Below are positions 39,101 to 52,924 of a DNA stretch of 64,000 nucleotides, piece by piece. The translations under genes and the position numbers were made by a program. Below the pieces are notes generated by a model, which saw only the letters and a program-made list of their open reading frames with translations, made no database searches and was not told the DNA's origin. Source of the stretch: Vicugna vicugna (taxonomy: Eukaryota). Numbering within the stretch: the first letter of the stretch is position 1; each line of letters begins with the position of its first letter. The stretch lies in assembly GCA_013265495.1 (NCBI GenBank), contig MU058824.1, forward strand, positions 4,741,111 to 4,805,110. Direction: 5' to 3'.

Positions 39101-41330
39101 TAATATATACAACCAACATAACTTAATATTATTCTTAGTAAAAACGCTAAGTAAAAAAGAAAAAAAAAACTGCTTAAATATAATGAAGACTTTTCACACA
39201 AACTTAACAGCAAATACTGCTCTCAATGGTGAAACACTAAAACCACTTCATGAAAATAAAAATGTAGACAGAGATGCCTGCTATTATCCTATTATTTAAC
39301 GTATCTTGGAAGTTTTACCAAATGTGGTAAGATAAGAGAATGAATTGTTATGATTATCTGAAACATTATAAAACTATCTAATTTTTTTTTGCTGATATGA
39401 CTATATTAGAAAATTCAAGCCTCTAGTTAAAAAAAAACCTAGTACAAAGACAATACGGTTTGGAAAGTTGACTGGATACAAGATAGATATAACAAAAATA
39501 AATTGCTTTTTTCCCACTAGCAATAAGCATCTCAAATTGAAAATCGCAGAAATACTCAATTTACAGTTATAAAATTATAAAATCCTTAGGATAATAACAA
39601 TTATAGTCACCATAATGCCATGTACTATTTTAAGCACTTTGTATTAACTCAATCCTCACAACACCCTCTTGAGATAGATTACTATTATCATTCTTATTTT
39701 ACAGAAAAGAACACTGAGGAACAGAGAGAATAAGTGATTTACCCCAGATCACTAGCTGGTAATGTGTTAAGAGTTGGGATTTGCAACTTGGCAGCTAGCA
39801 CTGAGACTACTCTTGTAGCCACTATGTTACAGTATGTAATTTTTAAAAAATTGAGGTATAATTGATGTATACCATTGTATAAGTTTCAGGGGTACAATAT
39901 AATGATTTGATATTTGTATATATTGCAAAATGATCACCTCCATACTTCTAGTTAACATCCATCATTGCACACAGTTACGATTTTTTTTCTTGTGGTGAGA
40001 ACTTTTAAGATCTACTCTCTTAGTAACTTGTAAGTATACAATACAGTATTATTTATAGTCACCACACTGTAATCACATCCTTGTGACTTAATTATTTTAT
40101 AACTGGAAGCTTTATAATATGTAGACTTAATCAAGAAACATAGTACTGTACTTTTATGAAAAAGGTTATACAATGTAATTAAAAGATACAAAGCAAGATT
40201 GGGACAAACAGAAGATCAACCATCTCCTTGCATAGGAAGATAAAATATCAGAAAAAAAGTCAGTTCTCCCCAAATTAAAGTATAATGTTAAGATAATTCC
40301 AGTTTGTATCTCAAAGAATAGTCAAGGACAAATTTTAAAAAAAAGAAATAGAAAAATTTGCCTTACCAAATATCAGAATATGCTGTAAGGCCACTTAATC
40401 AAATCAGTAGGTAAAAGGGGAAGAAAACTGATCAGTGGAATAAAACAGGAATCCCAAACTAGGTGTTTGTATATATAAGAACATTAGAATTCAACCCACT
40501 GGGAAAAGTAAGGATGACATAATAAGCAATGCTCCTGGAACATGTGGCTGTCCTTACTGAGAGCTGATTCTGGGCTAAGACTGCTTACGAGCCCAGCTTA
40601 TGTTCCAGAGCAGTGGCACCTGGTGGGGAGAACACAGCTTCTCTTGCAGGGCATTCATATCATCAAAGCTGGAGGCAGCAAGAGACTGACTCCCGTTCCA
40701 GGCTGTCCTCATGGGTTCTGGATTATCCCTGCTCTCCCACTTTCCACACGCCTTGCCTCCCCAGCTGCCTGCCCTGCAGACTCCAAGCTCCAGCATCAGA
40801 AGCAAAGACAACAGCATTTCACAGACTGTTTAACTAGCTCTTATAATTGCATTAATTGGATAAGAGCAATTTGCTGCAACAAATCTCTTAATTGAAAAAA
40901 ATATGTGCGTACGTATATGCATATCCTAACCTGCTTCTCTGAGCCCTTTTTATTGATATAATTGACATATAACATGTGTAAGCATAAAGTGTATAATGTG
41001 TTGATTTGATACATTATATATTGCAATTTGTTTACCACCATGGTTAGCTAACACCTCCATCATGTCGCATAATTGTCATCTCTTTTATGTGGTGAGAGCA
41101 GTTTGCGCCTTGACTGACATATTAGATGAAGGACCTATAAGTATGCATTGTATTATTCTTTCACCTTTCCTTTAGGCTTGAAATATTTCAAAATAACATT
41201 TTGGGGGTGGAGGAGAAAAAACACATATGAAGGATCTAACACCAGCAGAAGGGTAAATCCAACTGGCTGACAAACATGAAAGTACGTTCAAACTCACTAG
41301 GAGTCAGGGACATGCAATTTAAAGTAGTAA
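36200..41330 (+). mobile_element. Old, fragmented L1M element(s) with nested L1MA-type 3' ends (~36850-37140 +; ~39845-40110 -; ~40945-41100 -), a MIR (~39610-39830) and an LTR-like piece (~40545-40890)
   Basis: A-rich plus strand with degenerate ORF1/ORF2 remnants; L1MA 3'UTR motifs GCTGTACACCTTAAAC and TTGAGGTATAATTGA; boundaries approximate. Confidence 0.7.
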
Positions 41331-43214
41331 TGAGATACCACTCTATGTCCATGGTAGAAAACTGGGGCTCAAAGCCTTTGGGGAACTCTGAGAGCCAGTG
41401 TAGACCGTGTGCCACCAGAGTCAACCCCCAGGATGAGGTTGCTAGGGTGCATAATAGTTCCTACCAGTTGAGAGCTGCTCTGGGGGAGGCATTGATTTCC
41501 AGCACTTTCTCACTGCCTGTCAAAGAAAAGCTGCAAAGATGCTGGCAGCTGGAAGCCAGGCTGATGTGCACCAAGTGGAAAGGCCTGGGGAACAGGGATG
41601 GCAGAGGCGCCAAGTGCCTGTCCATGCACCCCTCCGATCCACTCAGGCCCTTCCTTAAGGGCCTGCTTTTTCAAGGTCACAAGTTCTTACAAGTGGAGGA
41701 GGAAGAGGAAGGAAAAGTGCTAAGGCTGCAGCTGAGATTCTTCCTCTTCCTCCTCTACATCCATTCTAGATTCCCCTCGCTCTCAAGCAGCACCTGATGC
41801 TGGTCTAGGTGGTTTGTCTGGTGGGTAACCCAGGCCTTCATTTCCAGGGGGTCTGAGCCCTGATGATTGTGACCTTTTCAGGCTGTGGTGGCCGCCACTG
41901 CCCACTGGAGGATAATATATCACTGGGCACGGAGCACCAAGGAGCACTGACAAATCTCCTGCAGGCAGATCTGTTCCTCCTGCTCCCATTAGGTAGCAGC
42001 AACCCTATCTCCTCCTGATAATCAGGCTGGATTACCCCTGCCAGGATAATCGCTCTGCTCTAAGTGTGGGAGGGAAGAGGAGCCAGGCACAACTGCTGAG
42101 GATGGAGGACTCCACTCTGTGCACCCCACAGACTTTCCCTCTGCCTTCTTCCACCTTCGGCTCCAACTGCTACCTCAGGGCTCATCTCCAGGTTTTCCCA
42201 TTTAAATTCCTGAGAATGAAAATTTGATAAGCTCACATCCTCCCAGATTTCCAAGCCAGGCCACCCCAGAGGCCACTGGCTGGTCTCTGGACTGGCCAGC
42301 CCTGAGTCCACTGCCCACAAGGTTATCTCACTCAGCTGAGGTCAGAGGGGTTGGGGGGGTCACATAACACAATTGTTGGGGTGTAGGGTGGCTTAATCAG
42401 CAGGAGTGACGGCCGGCACAATGTTTGGCATATTTGGTAAAAGAGCTGTGGTCCTATAGGACAGCCTTTTGTCACCAGCCCTCCTAGTCACCGGGTTAGT
42501 TCATGATGAATTTACAGTCTACTGAGTGCAGTTTCCTAACCTGTAAAATAAGTGGCTTGAGCTCACTAAGATTCCTTCAAGCTCCGAAATGCTTACTAAC
42601 GGACTGTCTCTCCCTCAAACATGTATACGTAAGGTATTAAGCCAGGACTGCCTCCATCCTAAGCTAACATAATTTATTTTTTGAGCCCCCAATTTTATTT
42701 GTCAATAAGTGCTAGTTGTTATTATTTATCTTTATTGCATTTCATTCTGTGGTTGGAGCTGTCATGTTGCTCAGCTGAAAAGTCTGAATCACGGTACATT
42801 TTGCTTTTTCTTAGAGCTCAGTAACGTTGGCATATGTGATGTGCTCTCTGTGTCACCATTCAAGACAGGACCAAGCAGAGGCCTGGGGCAGTCACTGGAG
42901 ACCCACTGGCATTCTGGCTTCAGCGATCAAAGAGCTGCAAATCCTCTTAAATAGTGCTGTCAGATGGCCGCGGTTCTCCCTCCGGACTCTAAAGCTAATT
43001 CAACAGACTTTTAAGCAATGTTTTTGCTAAAATTGACACCTACTGTATCTCCAGCCATCACTTCCTTAACTGAAGTCAGATACCATCTAGACAATCCCAT
43101 CTTTTACAGGTAGGAAACTGTGACTTGCCCGAAGTCACATACTGTGCCTGGCTTCTTTATCCACACCATGTTCTTTCCATTACATCATGCTTCCTCCAGG
43201 GTTCAGGAAACTTA

Positions 43215-43712
43215 TCTGTTGCTGCTGTTAACAAATTACCACAAACTTAGTGGCTTAAAAAATACAAGTTTCTTATCTTACAGTCCTATTGGTAGGAAGT
43301 CTGACACAGATCTCAATGGGCTCAAGTTAGAGCAGGGCTGGTTCCTTTCTGGGGGCTCTCGGTGGGAATCTGTTTCCTTGCCTTTTCCAGCTTCCAGAGT
43401 CTGCCTGCAGTGCCTGGCTCACCGTCCCTGTCCTCCACCCCCTGAGCCAGCACCTGCGGGTGGAATCCTTCCCACGTCACACCTCTCTACCCCTTCTCCC
43501 ATTGTCCAACCTCTTTCTTCCCATGGCCCTGAAAGCTTCTCCCTTTCAAGGACTCATGTGATTCAACTGTCCTACCAAGATAAAACAGGATGATCTCACC
43601 ATCTAAAGGTCCTTAACTTAATCACATTTACAACTTTGTCAGGTAAAGTGACTTATTCACGGGTTCTGGGGATTAGACTGAACATCTGCGGGAGACCATC
43701 ATTCTGCCTATC
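43215..43712 (-). mobile_element. MLT1-type solo LTR
   Basis: GCTGCTGTTAACAAATTACCACAAACTTAGTGGCTTAAAA...AAGGTCCTTAACTTAATCACAT...GGTTCTGGGGATTAG. Confidence 0.82.
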
Positions 43713-46184
43713 ATGGCCCGTCCATACATTAGGGCCTTCTGGAGTCAATGGGTTAAAGTAATGAAGATGGACACAACCTGACTTTCAGAGACGTCCTTGA
43801 CCTCCTGATGTTGGCTGGATGTCACCAAAATTTATACAGATGGGCCCCAGATTCTTTCCTGATGCCCTCATAGCTGGGCTCCCTCCTGTCTGCCTTAAGA
43901 ACCCACTCTCTGTAATAAGCATGGAGAGGTCAGGACAGGGCAAGAAATGGGTTTTAGCTCATCCAGTTCCACCAGGACACTCTCCCTTCTAAAGCCTCTT
44001 CAAGGGTTGAGTTGGACAGCATGCCTGTTGATTCCTTTTTTGAGGACATACTGGTAGCCTGGTTTTGGGCATTTTACCTGGCGTCTAGGCCCTGCTGCAT
44101 ATATTGGTTCTGAAAACTGGGACATTATCTCCCATTTATAGAATTTCTGCACCTGTTCTTGCAACTGATTCATACACTGTCCCCACCCCCCATGCCCTGT
44201 ACACCACAGATACAAGTCCCCTGACTGCCCCCACCCACCCTTGCCACCAGCTGCCCTATACGCTCCCACTCACTCTCATAGGCCCCCAAGGCCCCCAGGG
44301 AGTTACCAACACACACCACCTTTGCTATCAGCCTGCCTGGGGGAGGGGACTGGGTTGTTGGAAACTTTAATCAAGCAGTGACAGTTAACAGCTGTAGGGA
44401 CACCTTAGGAAACAGCCTTAGAAAGGAAATACTTGTAGAATCTATCCCCATGACCTTTTAAGACTTCTGAAGATGGCCTGTCATTTCCCTCTGTGGGAAA
44501 AAAACCCCACAGCCATCACAGGCACCCTTTGGGCCACAGAATCTTCCGTGTTTAACCCTCATTGGTCATAGATGTTCACCTTGCACAGACTGCAGAGACC
44601 TGGGGATGCGTGTGCATACCTGCACACTCACACACACCTGGACATCTGCCTCTCCCTCAGACACGAATCTCAGGTGACAAATGAGTTCTTATGTGTCAGG
44701 GGGCTCTTTTTCTGGGGCGGGCTGGGTGATGCTGTTGGGTAGAGCTCTCGACAGACCCACAGGCCCATCACAGCACCCTCCACACACCACTAACTGTACA
44801 CTACAAGCTGTTAGCATGTGGTAAGGACCTCTTTCCCCTTCCTTTTTCCTCCCCGCAGCTGCAGGGGTGGGTTCTGAGGGGGCGGATGTCACCCACTCGG
44901 GGTGGGTTTTTCCCACCTGCAAACCTTGTCTCAGCCTCTTTTCACCCCCAGTGGGCCCTTCTGGGGGTCACATTCTGGCAAAAAAACCCCAAAACTTTAG
45001 GGAGCACCTCTACACCACTGCTCGGCAGGCCCTCGTCCCCAGCTGCTTCCTCTGCTCCATCAACCAGGCCTCTCAGTCCCTGGTCTTCCCCCACAAATGC
45101 CCCCTTTTTCATTGGGGCTGGGTGTAAAGGGACAATATTGGGACTTTTTAAAGGAAGAACCTTACTGGGAAATTAACAGATAAACCAAAACCAAACCAAG
45201 AAGACATCAAAACCTTGGCTGGTCTGGGCTCTGCCTGCTCGAACCCAGCCCTGCTCTGTTTCTCTGCCTCCCCTCTGAGAAGCTGCAGCCCATCTTCATC
45301 CCTGTGCAAGTCCTTTGCTCACCGGCTCCCTGACCTCCAACAAAGTGATGAATAGTCAGTGCTGCAGGCTTTTCTGGAGGCTCACCCCCACCCCGGCCAG
45401 TCCCAGAGCTTCTGCCTTCTGGACTCAGCTTGCTGGGTTTGGCTCAGATATTGGAAAACAGGTATCTCCATGAGTTTGCCAGGGTCAGGATGGGACAAGG
45501 AAGGAGCTGACTGGCCACAGGTGTGATCAGTAGGGCAACAAGAGTGGAGGAGGCCAGGGAAAGGCTGTGAAGCCAGAGGCTGGGGGTGTTTACACAGGAG
45601 AACCAGTTTGGACCCAGAAGGGCTCTGGAGTGAGAACTTCCCTGTGTGGGATCCTTGGCAGCTCTGTAGGACTACAGCAGAAGGGGAGCTGGGCCCACCT
45701 TGAAAGCCCCCAAACTGATGGAGCAATAAGTCCCACCAAGTCAGGGACCCCTCTCTGGAAACCTATACCTGCTAGGAACCCCAGGATGATGAGGACCTAG
45801 AGCTCCACACTAGGACCGCCTCAATCTGATGGGGAGGATAGAGCCCCACCCTGGAGTAATGACAGAGGGAGAGCCTCTGGGGTCAGTTGGCCACAAAAGA
45901 GCTCCAACTACATATAGAAAGTTTGTGGACTGGGCAGCCAGGAGAGGAGTGAGGGGCAAATCAGGGTGGATGATAAGGGTGGGTGTTTGGAGCCCAGTGC
46001 TGTCAAGGTGGGTCTGGGATGCATGAAGGGGGAGCACAGGCAGGACACAGGGGTAAGCCTGAGTGGTGGTTCTGTGACACCTCACAGCCCCGAACCCCAT
46101 GCTCTCCACCTCAGTTTCCCCTCCCCTGCCCCTCTGGCTGGGGCTAAGGGATGCCGTTTGCTTCGCTGAACCCATCTGTCTGAG

Positions 46185-46250
46185 ATTGGCTCACATCTTC
46201 CTCTTTTGTGACTGGAAGTCACAGGGCAAATCACTAAGCCGCGCAGTCAC
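46185..46250 (+). promoter_or_regulatory. CD72 proximal promoter (inverted CCAAT, PU.1/ETS sites)
   Basis: ATTGG 46185-46189, CTTCCTCTTTT 46197-46207 (AAAAGAGGAAG on minus), GGAAGT ~46214-46219. Confidence 0.5.
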
Positions 46251-46360
46251 AGAGGGAACGCAGAGCCTAACAGTGTGAAGGGACAGAGGGGAGAGTGACA
46301 AGGGAAACTTGGGGCCAGTGGAAGACAGGGAGACAGGTGGGAGCAGAGGGGCTCAGGACC

Positions 46361-49300
46361 ATGGCTGAGGCCATCACCTATGCAGACCTGCGGTTTGTGA
46401 AGGCTCCCCTGAAGAAGAGTGTCTCCAGCCGGCTAGGACAAGGTAAGGGTGGATGGGGCGTCTCCTTGATTCTGCAACTCCGTCCTCCTTTATGACCTAA
46501 CTCCTGCCCCACAGACCCCAATCCTGACCCCCACCTTTTCTCTCCTCTCCAGACCTAGAGTCCGACGAGGATGGGGAACTCACCTATGAGAATGTGCAAG
46601 TGCCTCCCGGCCCAGGGGGGCCGTTGAGTTTGGCTTCCTCTGGATTAGGGGGGAAAGCAGGTCTGGAGAGCCCAGGGATATGTGTTTGTTGGGGGCTGTG
46701 TCTTGAGCTGGGGAGTTCACAGCATTCTTGGGAGGACAATACCGTTGGGAAAAGGAGTGTTCTCAGGAAGAGAATGAGCACTGGATATACGGGAGCCAGG
46801 GAAAAATAAAGCTCCCAGGGGCAAGGTGGGGATCCCAGGAGGAGCTAGGGCTCCACGGAGGGATCAGGGCAGCCCGTGTGGGGAGCTGAGCTCGAATAGG
46901 AAATGCAGAGTCCCTGGAGAGAGGAGAGGAGGTAGGGGAGAGGGGTGAGAGCACTCCCCGGGGAGGGTTTGGGGCAGGCAGACGGGGGCCCTCTGAGGAA
47001 AAGATAAAGGGAGACCCAGGAGGGTGATGGGGTCCCCGGGGAAAGGATAAGGTAAGACCCAGGAGGGACATGAGAGTCCCTGGGGAGATGAGGAACTCCG
47101 GAGGACGCTAAGGGTGTCCCAGAGCAATGGCACAAGGCACCTTAGGACAGACTGGGGTCTCGGCGCCGAGAAGGGAGTGGGGGTGGGGAGAAGGGAGTGG
47201 GGGTGGGGAGAAGGGGCATTTCCCGGGCATTCCCACCTTCAAACCGGTGTCGCTCCCTTTCTCAGTGGTCCAGTCAGAGCAGGCAGCTGCCGCCTGGAGC
47301 TCCGTGACGTCACCAGCTGCCAGGCAGATTCTGCCCTGTGAGTACCGCGCCCTCCCCGCCCCCCGTGCGCCGCCCACTGCGCAGCTGGTCCCGGGCAAGC
47401 GGGGCGGGCCGGGGCGGGGCCTCGGGCTGGGCGGCCTCCCCCAACCCGGCCCCCGAGGGTGGTCGTGGAGTCACGTACTAGCGCCGGTCGCGCTGGGGGT
47501 GGTGCTGGGCCTCCGCCGTGTGCAGGTCTGACCCAGGGACTGAACCCAGCGCGCAGCCCTCTGGTCGGTCCAGGCAGCCCCCCGTGACCCCTTCCCCTGC
47601 CCTTTTCACCCCCATCCCCGGATAGATCTTTCCGACATATCCAGCCAGACCCACTCCCCTCAACCCCTTATTATGTTCCCCGTTCACGTAACCCCCCTCT
47701 CCGGTCTCCGTCTGAAATTTAGTTCCCCGTCCTACCAGATAGTGCCCCTCAGGCCTTACCAATAACGATCCGCAGCCCTTATTCTGGAACAACTTCCCTC
47801 GGCCACCTGCGGCAACTCACTGCAGGACAGAAACCACCATGCGTGCTCGAAGTCCTCTGCGGGACGCACCTTCCGCGAATTTTCCCCACCCCACCCCCAC
47901 CCACTCAGTCTATTAACTTTCCTGGGACTCACTGCTCCCCATCCCACTGTCTCCCTAAGGCCATGCAGCCTGCTTGCAGTACCTCCTTCTGGGCCTGCTC
48001 CTCACCTGCCTGCTGTTAGGGGTGGCAGCCATCTGCTTGGGAGTGCGCTGTGAGTATGACTGCTCCCATTTCCTTTTCCCAACAACCTTCTCCCCTACTG
48101 TCCGCGGCAGCTCCCCTTCCTTAGCAGGGCCGAGAGTCACTACCACCACATCCTCAGCTTTTGGTCTGGTTTCCAGCCAGGTCTATTTTAGAGCACGTGT
48201 CTTCCTAAATTGTCTTTACCTAATCCAGTGCCTCCTTAAGCTCTAGGCAGTCAGACCTTGTATTCCAGCCTGTTATGCAAAAACTTGCAAGGAGCAGAAA
48301 AAGGACTGATGCTGAAGCCTGAGGGCACCAGAGCATGGCTTAAGATGTCCTCCAAATCTCTCTTTATGGCCAAATAGATCTGCAGGTGTCCCAGCAGCTA
48401 CAGCAGATGAACAGGGTTCTGGAGGCCACTAACAGCAGCTTGAGGCAGCAGCTGCACCTAAAGATAACCCAGCTGGGGCAGAGGGAAGAGGATCTGCAGG
48501 GGTCCAGGAGGGAGCTGGCCCAGAGTCAGGAAACACTACAGGTGGAACAGAAGGTTTGCCAGGCTACCAAAGAGCAGTTGCAGGCCTGCGAGTCGGACGG
48601 GGAGAAGACAAAAGAGGACTTGAGAAATAAGGAAGCGCAGAGGATGGACTTGGAGCAGAGGCTGCACAGTGTGCGGGACACACTGAAGCCCATCTACACA
48701 TGCCCCTCACCAGGTATCTGCTCTGGGAGAGGAGAGACGGGAGGGTCTGCCATGAGGGATGGATTGAAGTGAGGAGACACTTGAAACAGGGATCTGCCTA
48801 TCTAGTAGGGGGCCATTGAATTGTTCAGGAAAGGGGTAGTGAAGCAGAGTGCTGGCTGACATGAGCTAGGAAGCCTTGGCCAACAGGGAGAAGGATCTAG
48901 CTGCATACTGGATTTAGAGGGACTCACCCAGCTCTAAGGTGGATCCTGTGGTGGCGAGGAGGGTGGCAGCCAGCAATGCAAATGACACTGCCCAGAGCAG
49001 CAAACTCAGGGCTCATCATCAGTGTTAACATCAGTGTGGCTTAACATCAGTGTTAAGAATCTGGGAACCTCATGAATTTGGATATGAAATTGTTGTTTGC
49101 ATGTTTTCCTAAAGAGAGGATCTATGGCTTTAATTAATTCTCTCTACATCTGAGATTCCCCCAAAGATTCAGAATTACTGGTGGATGAGGAGCAGTCTGG
49201 GATGAGGCAAGGCAGCTGAAGCTCTCACAATGAGGTGGGTTGGGGTGTTGTAGGGCAGGGAACTAGGGTGGAACGCTCATCCATTTTGAAAGTAGGAGCC

Positions 49301-52300
49301 CAACCAGGATGTGAGGTTGAGAGAGGGAGACACAGAAGGTCTGCCAAAGTAGGCTGAGGTTAAGTAGGTGCCTGGCCCAAGGGGACTGGAATGCTTACGG
49401 ACTGATTGTCTAGAGGTTAAGCTCTGTCTAGCTCAGGGGGTATCTGGATATTCCTCCAAGGCTTGAAACAGAGAGATTATGTACAGAACCCCCCAGCTCT
49501 CATTTCTTTAACCTTCTCATTCTCTCCAAGCCTCAGTTCCCTGCCAGTGCTGCCCCCTGTCCCCACAGCTGAACCCTAGGCCTCAGCATCCCAAACTGCT
49601 TCTCCGCTGAAAGGACGGCTTCAGGTCTTCACTCTGACCACGACTGGCCCCCTCCAGGCTTTCTCCACACTTCTTCAGCCTCACGGAGGCAGGCCTCCAA
49701 CCTGCTCATCTTCTGTTTCCTCCCTGCCCATTAGCCCTCACCTGTCTTTACTTCTCTGTCTTCTTGGATTCGGGGGCCCATCATCACTCCACTCACTCCT
49801 TGGTTCCATTGTCCTTCTGGTGCATCTGACTGGCAATAGCTCAAGTCCGAACGCACGTGCCTGCACCCCAGTGTGACAAGCTGTGCAATCATTCTGTGTG
49901 ATGCCACTGAAACCGTAGTCACAGCCTCAGCTGGGGCCCCAGCACTGCCTGGCCACTCTGCAGTGCTCAGCTGGCTCTTCCTACCGGACTACCTTGTTCT
50001 CACTTTCAGCAGATGCCCTACTCTGTCAGAGAGGAATTCCCTCTATTTTCCACCAGGTCTATATATCCATTTGCGTTTTTTGCCCATTTTCATCTCTTGC
50101 AAGGATAACTACAACAGCTTGCTGAGTGTTTTTCCTAAACATCCTCCCTTCAAATGCACTTTTCATGTTGCAGCCAGGGGAATCCTTTAAAAATAAAAAT
50201 CTGATCATGTCAACGCAGTTAAGATCATGTCATTTCAGTTTAAAATTAATGATATCAAAAGTTATGGATTACATACTGTATGTCCAGCACTGTGTCCAAG
50301 CACTTGGGATACAGCCAGTGAACACAATTCCTCTATGTAAAACCCTACGTTGACTCTGTTGCTCGTAATATAAAAGTAAAAAATCTTCAACCTGTCTTCC
50401 AAGGCCCCTGCCTACCTTTCAGCACACCGCTTATTCCATTTGGCCACACTGACTTCTTTTTATTCCTTTAAGTTGCTGTAGGACGGTGACTTGGCAGGTA
50501 GCTGGATGGGGATAAGAGAAAATGTAGGCAGAAGAGAGGGAGCTAGTGGAGAAGGAATGATTTTTGAGTGATGGAGTTTTGACTGATGGTTCAAAGCAAT
50601 GGAGAGAGGGGATTTGGGATCAGGACCACAGATTGGGGTGTGGGATGGTAAAGAAAGCGGGGTGTTTATTTTTGATGGATAGTCAGGAACAGGGAAGAGA
50701 CAAATTTTGAGGTGGAGGGGAGGAAAATGGAGAGAGTTCACATCGAGTGTGTGACAATTTCTTGTGGAAGAGTGGAGAGGGAAGGTGGACTTGAGGAGTG
50801 TGTGAAAGTTTTGAATATGCAGTGGGGAATCTTTAGGGATCTAATGAGACAAATAGGAGGCTTATTGAACACTTAGTTATGGGGGGGCCAAGGTGAGGTT
50901 GGCCAAAATGGGGGACTGCAATTGTTCAAAAATTGAGGTTAGTATCACCAGACCTTTTAAAATAAACCTCCCAGATTGTTAGGAGTAAAGCTGTTGAACC
51001 TTAGAAGTATGGACAGGTATGGCATTTCAAGGGGAGGTGAAGCAAGAAAGATTGCAAAGGGCAAGGACTAGAAGTCAATGAAGACACCTGAGTTCCACCC
51101 AAGGGAATATTGTTAGCAGCTAGACTGCTGAGTACTCAGACTGATCCCAAGTGTTGAGATCTCCCTCCTGGGTCTGGGCTGTGCTGTCACATTTGTTCTC
51201 CTTTTTAGATGCTTGCTGTCCTGTGGGATGGATACTGGATGGGAGAAGTTGCTTTTACTTCTCAGTTACTGAGAGAAGTTGGGATAAGAGCCAACACCAT
51301 TGTAAATCTCTGTCCTCTGACCTGGCCACATTTGATAACACTCACATGTATTTTGTAAGTAAACCCTTATTCAAAGATTGCAGTGGATACTGTTGGGTTA
51401 GGGGACATATGTCTTCAAGTCAGGGATGGCAGCGCACACAGTACATCCCTCTTCCATGCAGCTTCTCAGCACAGTGCTCCAGGTGGCCCTACTAACTGAT
51501 TAGGGTTGGCATGAGAGTTGAAACTTACCATCTTTAACCTGTTTCTCATCTCAGCTTTGTAGTCAGCTCTGGGCTGCTGCACAGGTTCTTTGACTCTCAT
51601 GGTCTCTCAGGCAGATAGGTCCATACCTGGTGGGCTGGACTGTAGGGATAGTTTCCTTGTGACTAGAACAGCCCACTAGAATGACTCCCCTCCAAAGGCC
51701 AGCAGAAATTCTTACCTAGCATGTGTGTGAACTGAAGGGTCAGCCTGCACCTGCAGGGAGGCACATGAAGAATGTGGGGCTGGTCACCGATGAGCTGATG
51801 TTATGTACCAAGGTTGGGCACAGTCCTCTTGCCAAAGCTGTCTCTATGGTGTTCATTTTCTTCCATCAGCCTGGGTCCCCTCCTCCCTACACTCCACCCC
51901 TGATTCCAATATTTCCCATCACTCTCACACATCTCTGGTCTCTCTGAATCTCCCTTCAGATTCCTCAGACCAGCAGCCTCCAAAGGGTGTTGGCGCAAGG
52001 TGATTCACTTGAATCATACTGGATTGGCCTCAGATATAGTAACGGCTGGGAGTGGATTGATGGTAAAAGAATCTATTATGGGTAAGTTTGTCCGGACTTT
52101 TGGGCATTTCCAATTCTATAATCCCCTCATAAAGACATGGTAATGAGATTTCCCTCCAGGTCCTACTCCCAAAACTCTTTCACAAATCAATGTTGTAATT
52201 ATCCATTTGCCCATTTCTTCTATTTGATTAATAACTTTTAGGGCAGTTTGACTCTCTGTTCTATCCCCAGTACCTACCAGTCCCTGGCACTTTTTTTTTT

Positions 52301-52924
52301 TTTAATTACTAGGTTGGGTAGGACCTACGTCATTTTTCTCTCAGAGGGAGAAATTGAGGATTTAGCCAGGCATTCACAGTTGATGAAGAACCTGGCCTTC
52401 TAATTTCCCATCCCTTGACAAGGCTACGTAAACTGTGGTTCTACTTTCTCAGTCAAGGCCACTTGGGGGTTGCCCCAGGGAAGTGAGAAAGGGAGCAATG
52501 GGGTACTGTTGAAGATCAACCCCAGGGACCCTGGAAAAGGGTAGTTACTTAGCTAGTTTCCATCCTTAAGGCCTTGGATGATTTTTCCCTACCCTGGTCC
52601 TATAGTCTCTTCAGGTTGAAGTCCAGACACCTGTCCCTGAACCATCCCAAACATGGCTTTAGGCAGATAGGGTGAGTTAGGACTTGGGTTAGGTTTTGTG
52701 CAGGGCAAGAGAAGGGAGGATGGGATAGGATAGGAGGGGCCTGAGCTTATCCCAGCTCTACTTCACCACTCTTTAGGCTTTCTAGTCACGGTCAAAACCA
52801 AAGATGTGCCAAGGCAAAACACACACGGTTAAGTCTGCAGGCAGAGAACTGTCATACTTCTCTTCCCTTCATCTGTGAGAGGGCAGCTTTCAAGAATCCA
52901 GACATGGACCAGTCTTGGCGCTGA
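46361..52924 (+). CDS. CD72: B-cell differentiation antigen CD72 (type II C-type lectin), 8 coding exons, 367 aa
   Basis: Exons 46361-46442, 46553-46660, 47266-47337, 47960-48049, 48378-48713, 51209-51354, 51960-52081, 52777-52924 (1104 nt). ITIMs ITYADL and LTYENV, TM helix, coiled-coil stalk, CTLD motifs CCPVGW, YWIGL, LPFICE. Donor after 52929 and a non-coding last exon from ~53213. Confidence 0.96.

Noticed and set aside
41276..41797. 173-aa intergenic ORF
   Set aside because: Begins in an L1 remnant and continues through LTR-like sequence; no splice structure or domain recognised
44300..45000. Scattered RUNX/ETS/RBPJ-like motifs upstream of CD72
   Set aside because: Short motifs at a density not clearly above chance; needs chromatin data
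49017..49056. Three copies of CATCAGTGT in CD72 intron 5
   Set aside because: Short local slippage repeat with no functional indication
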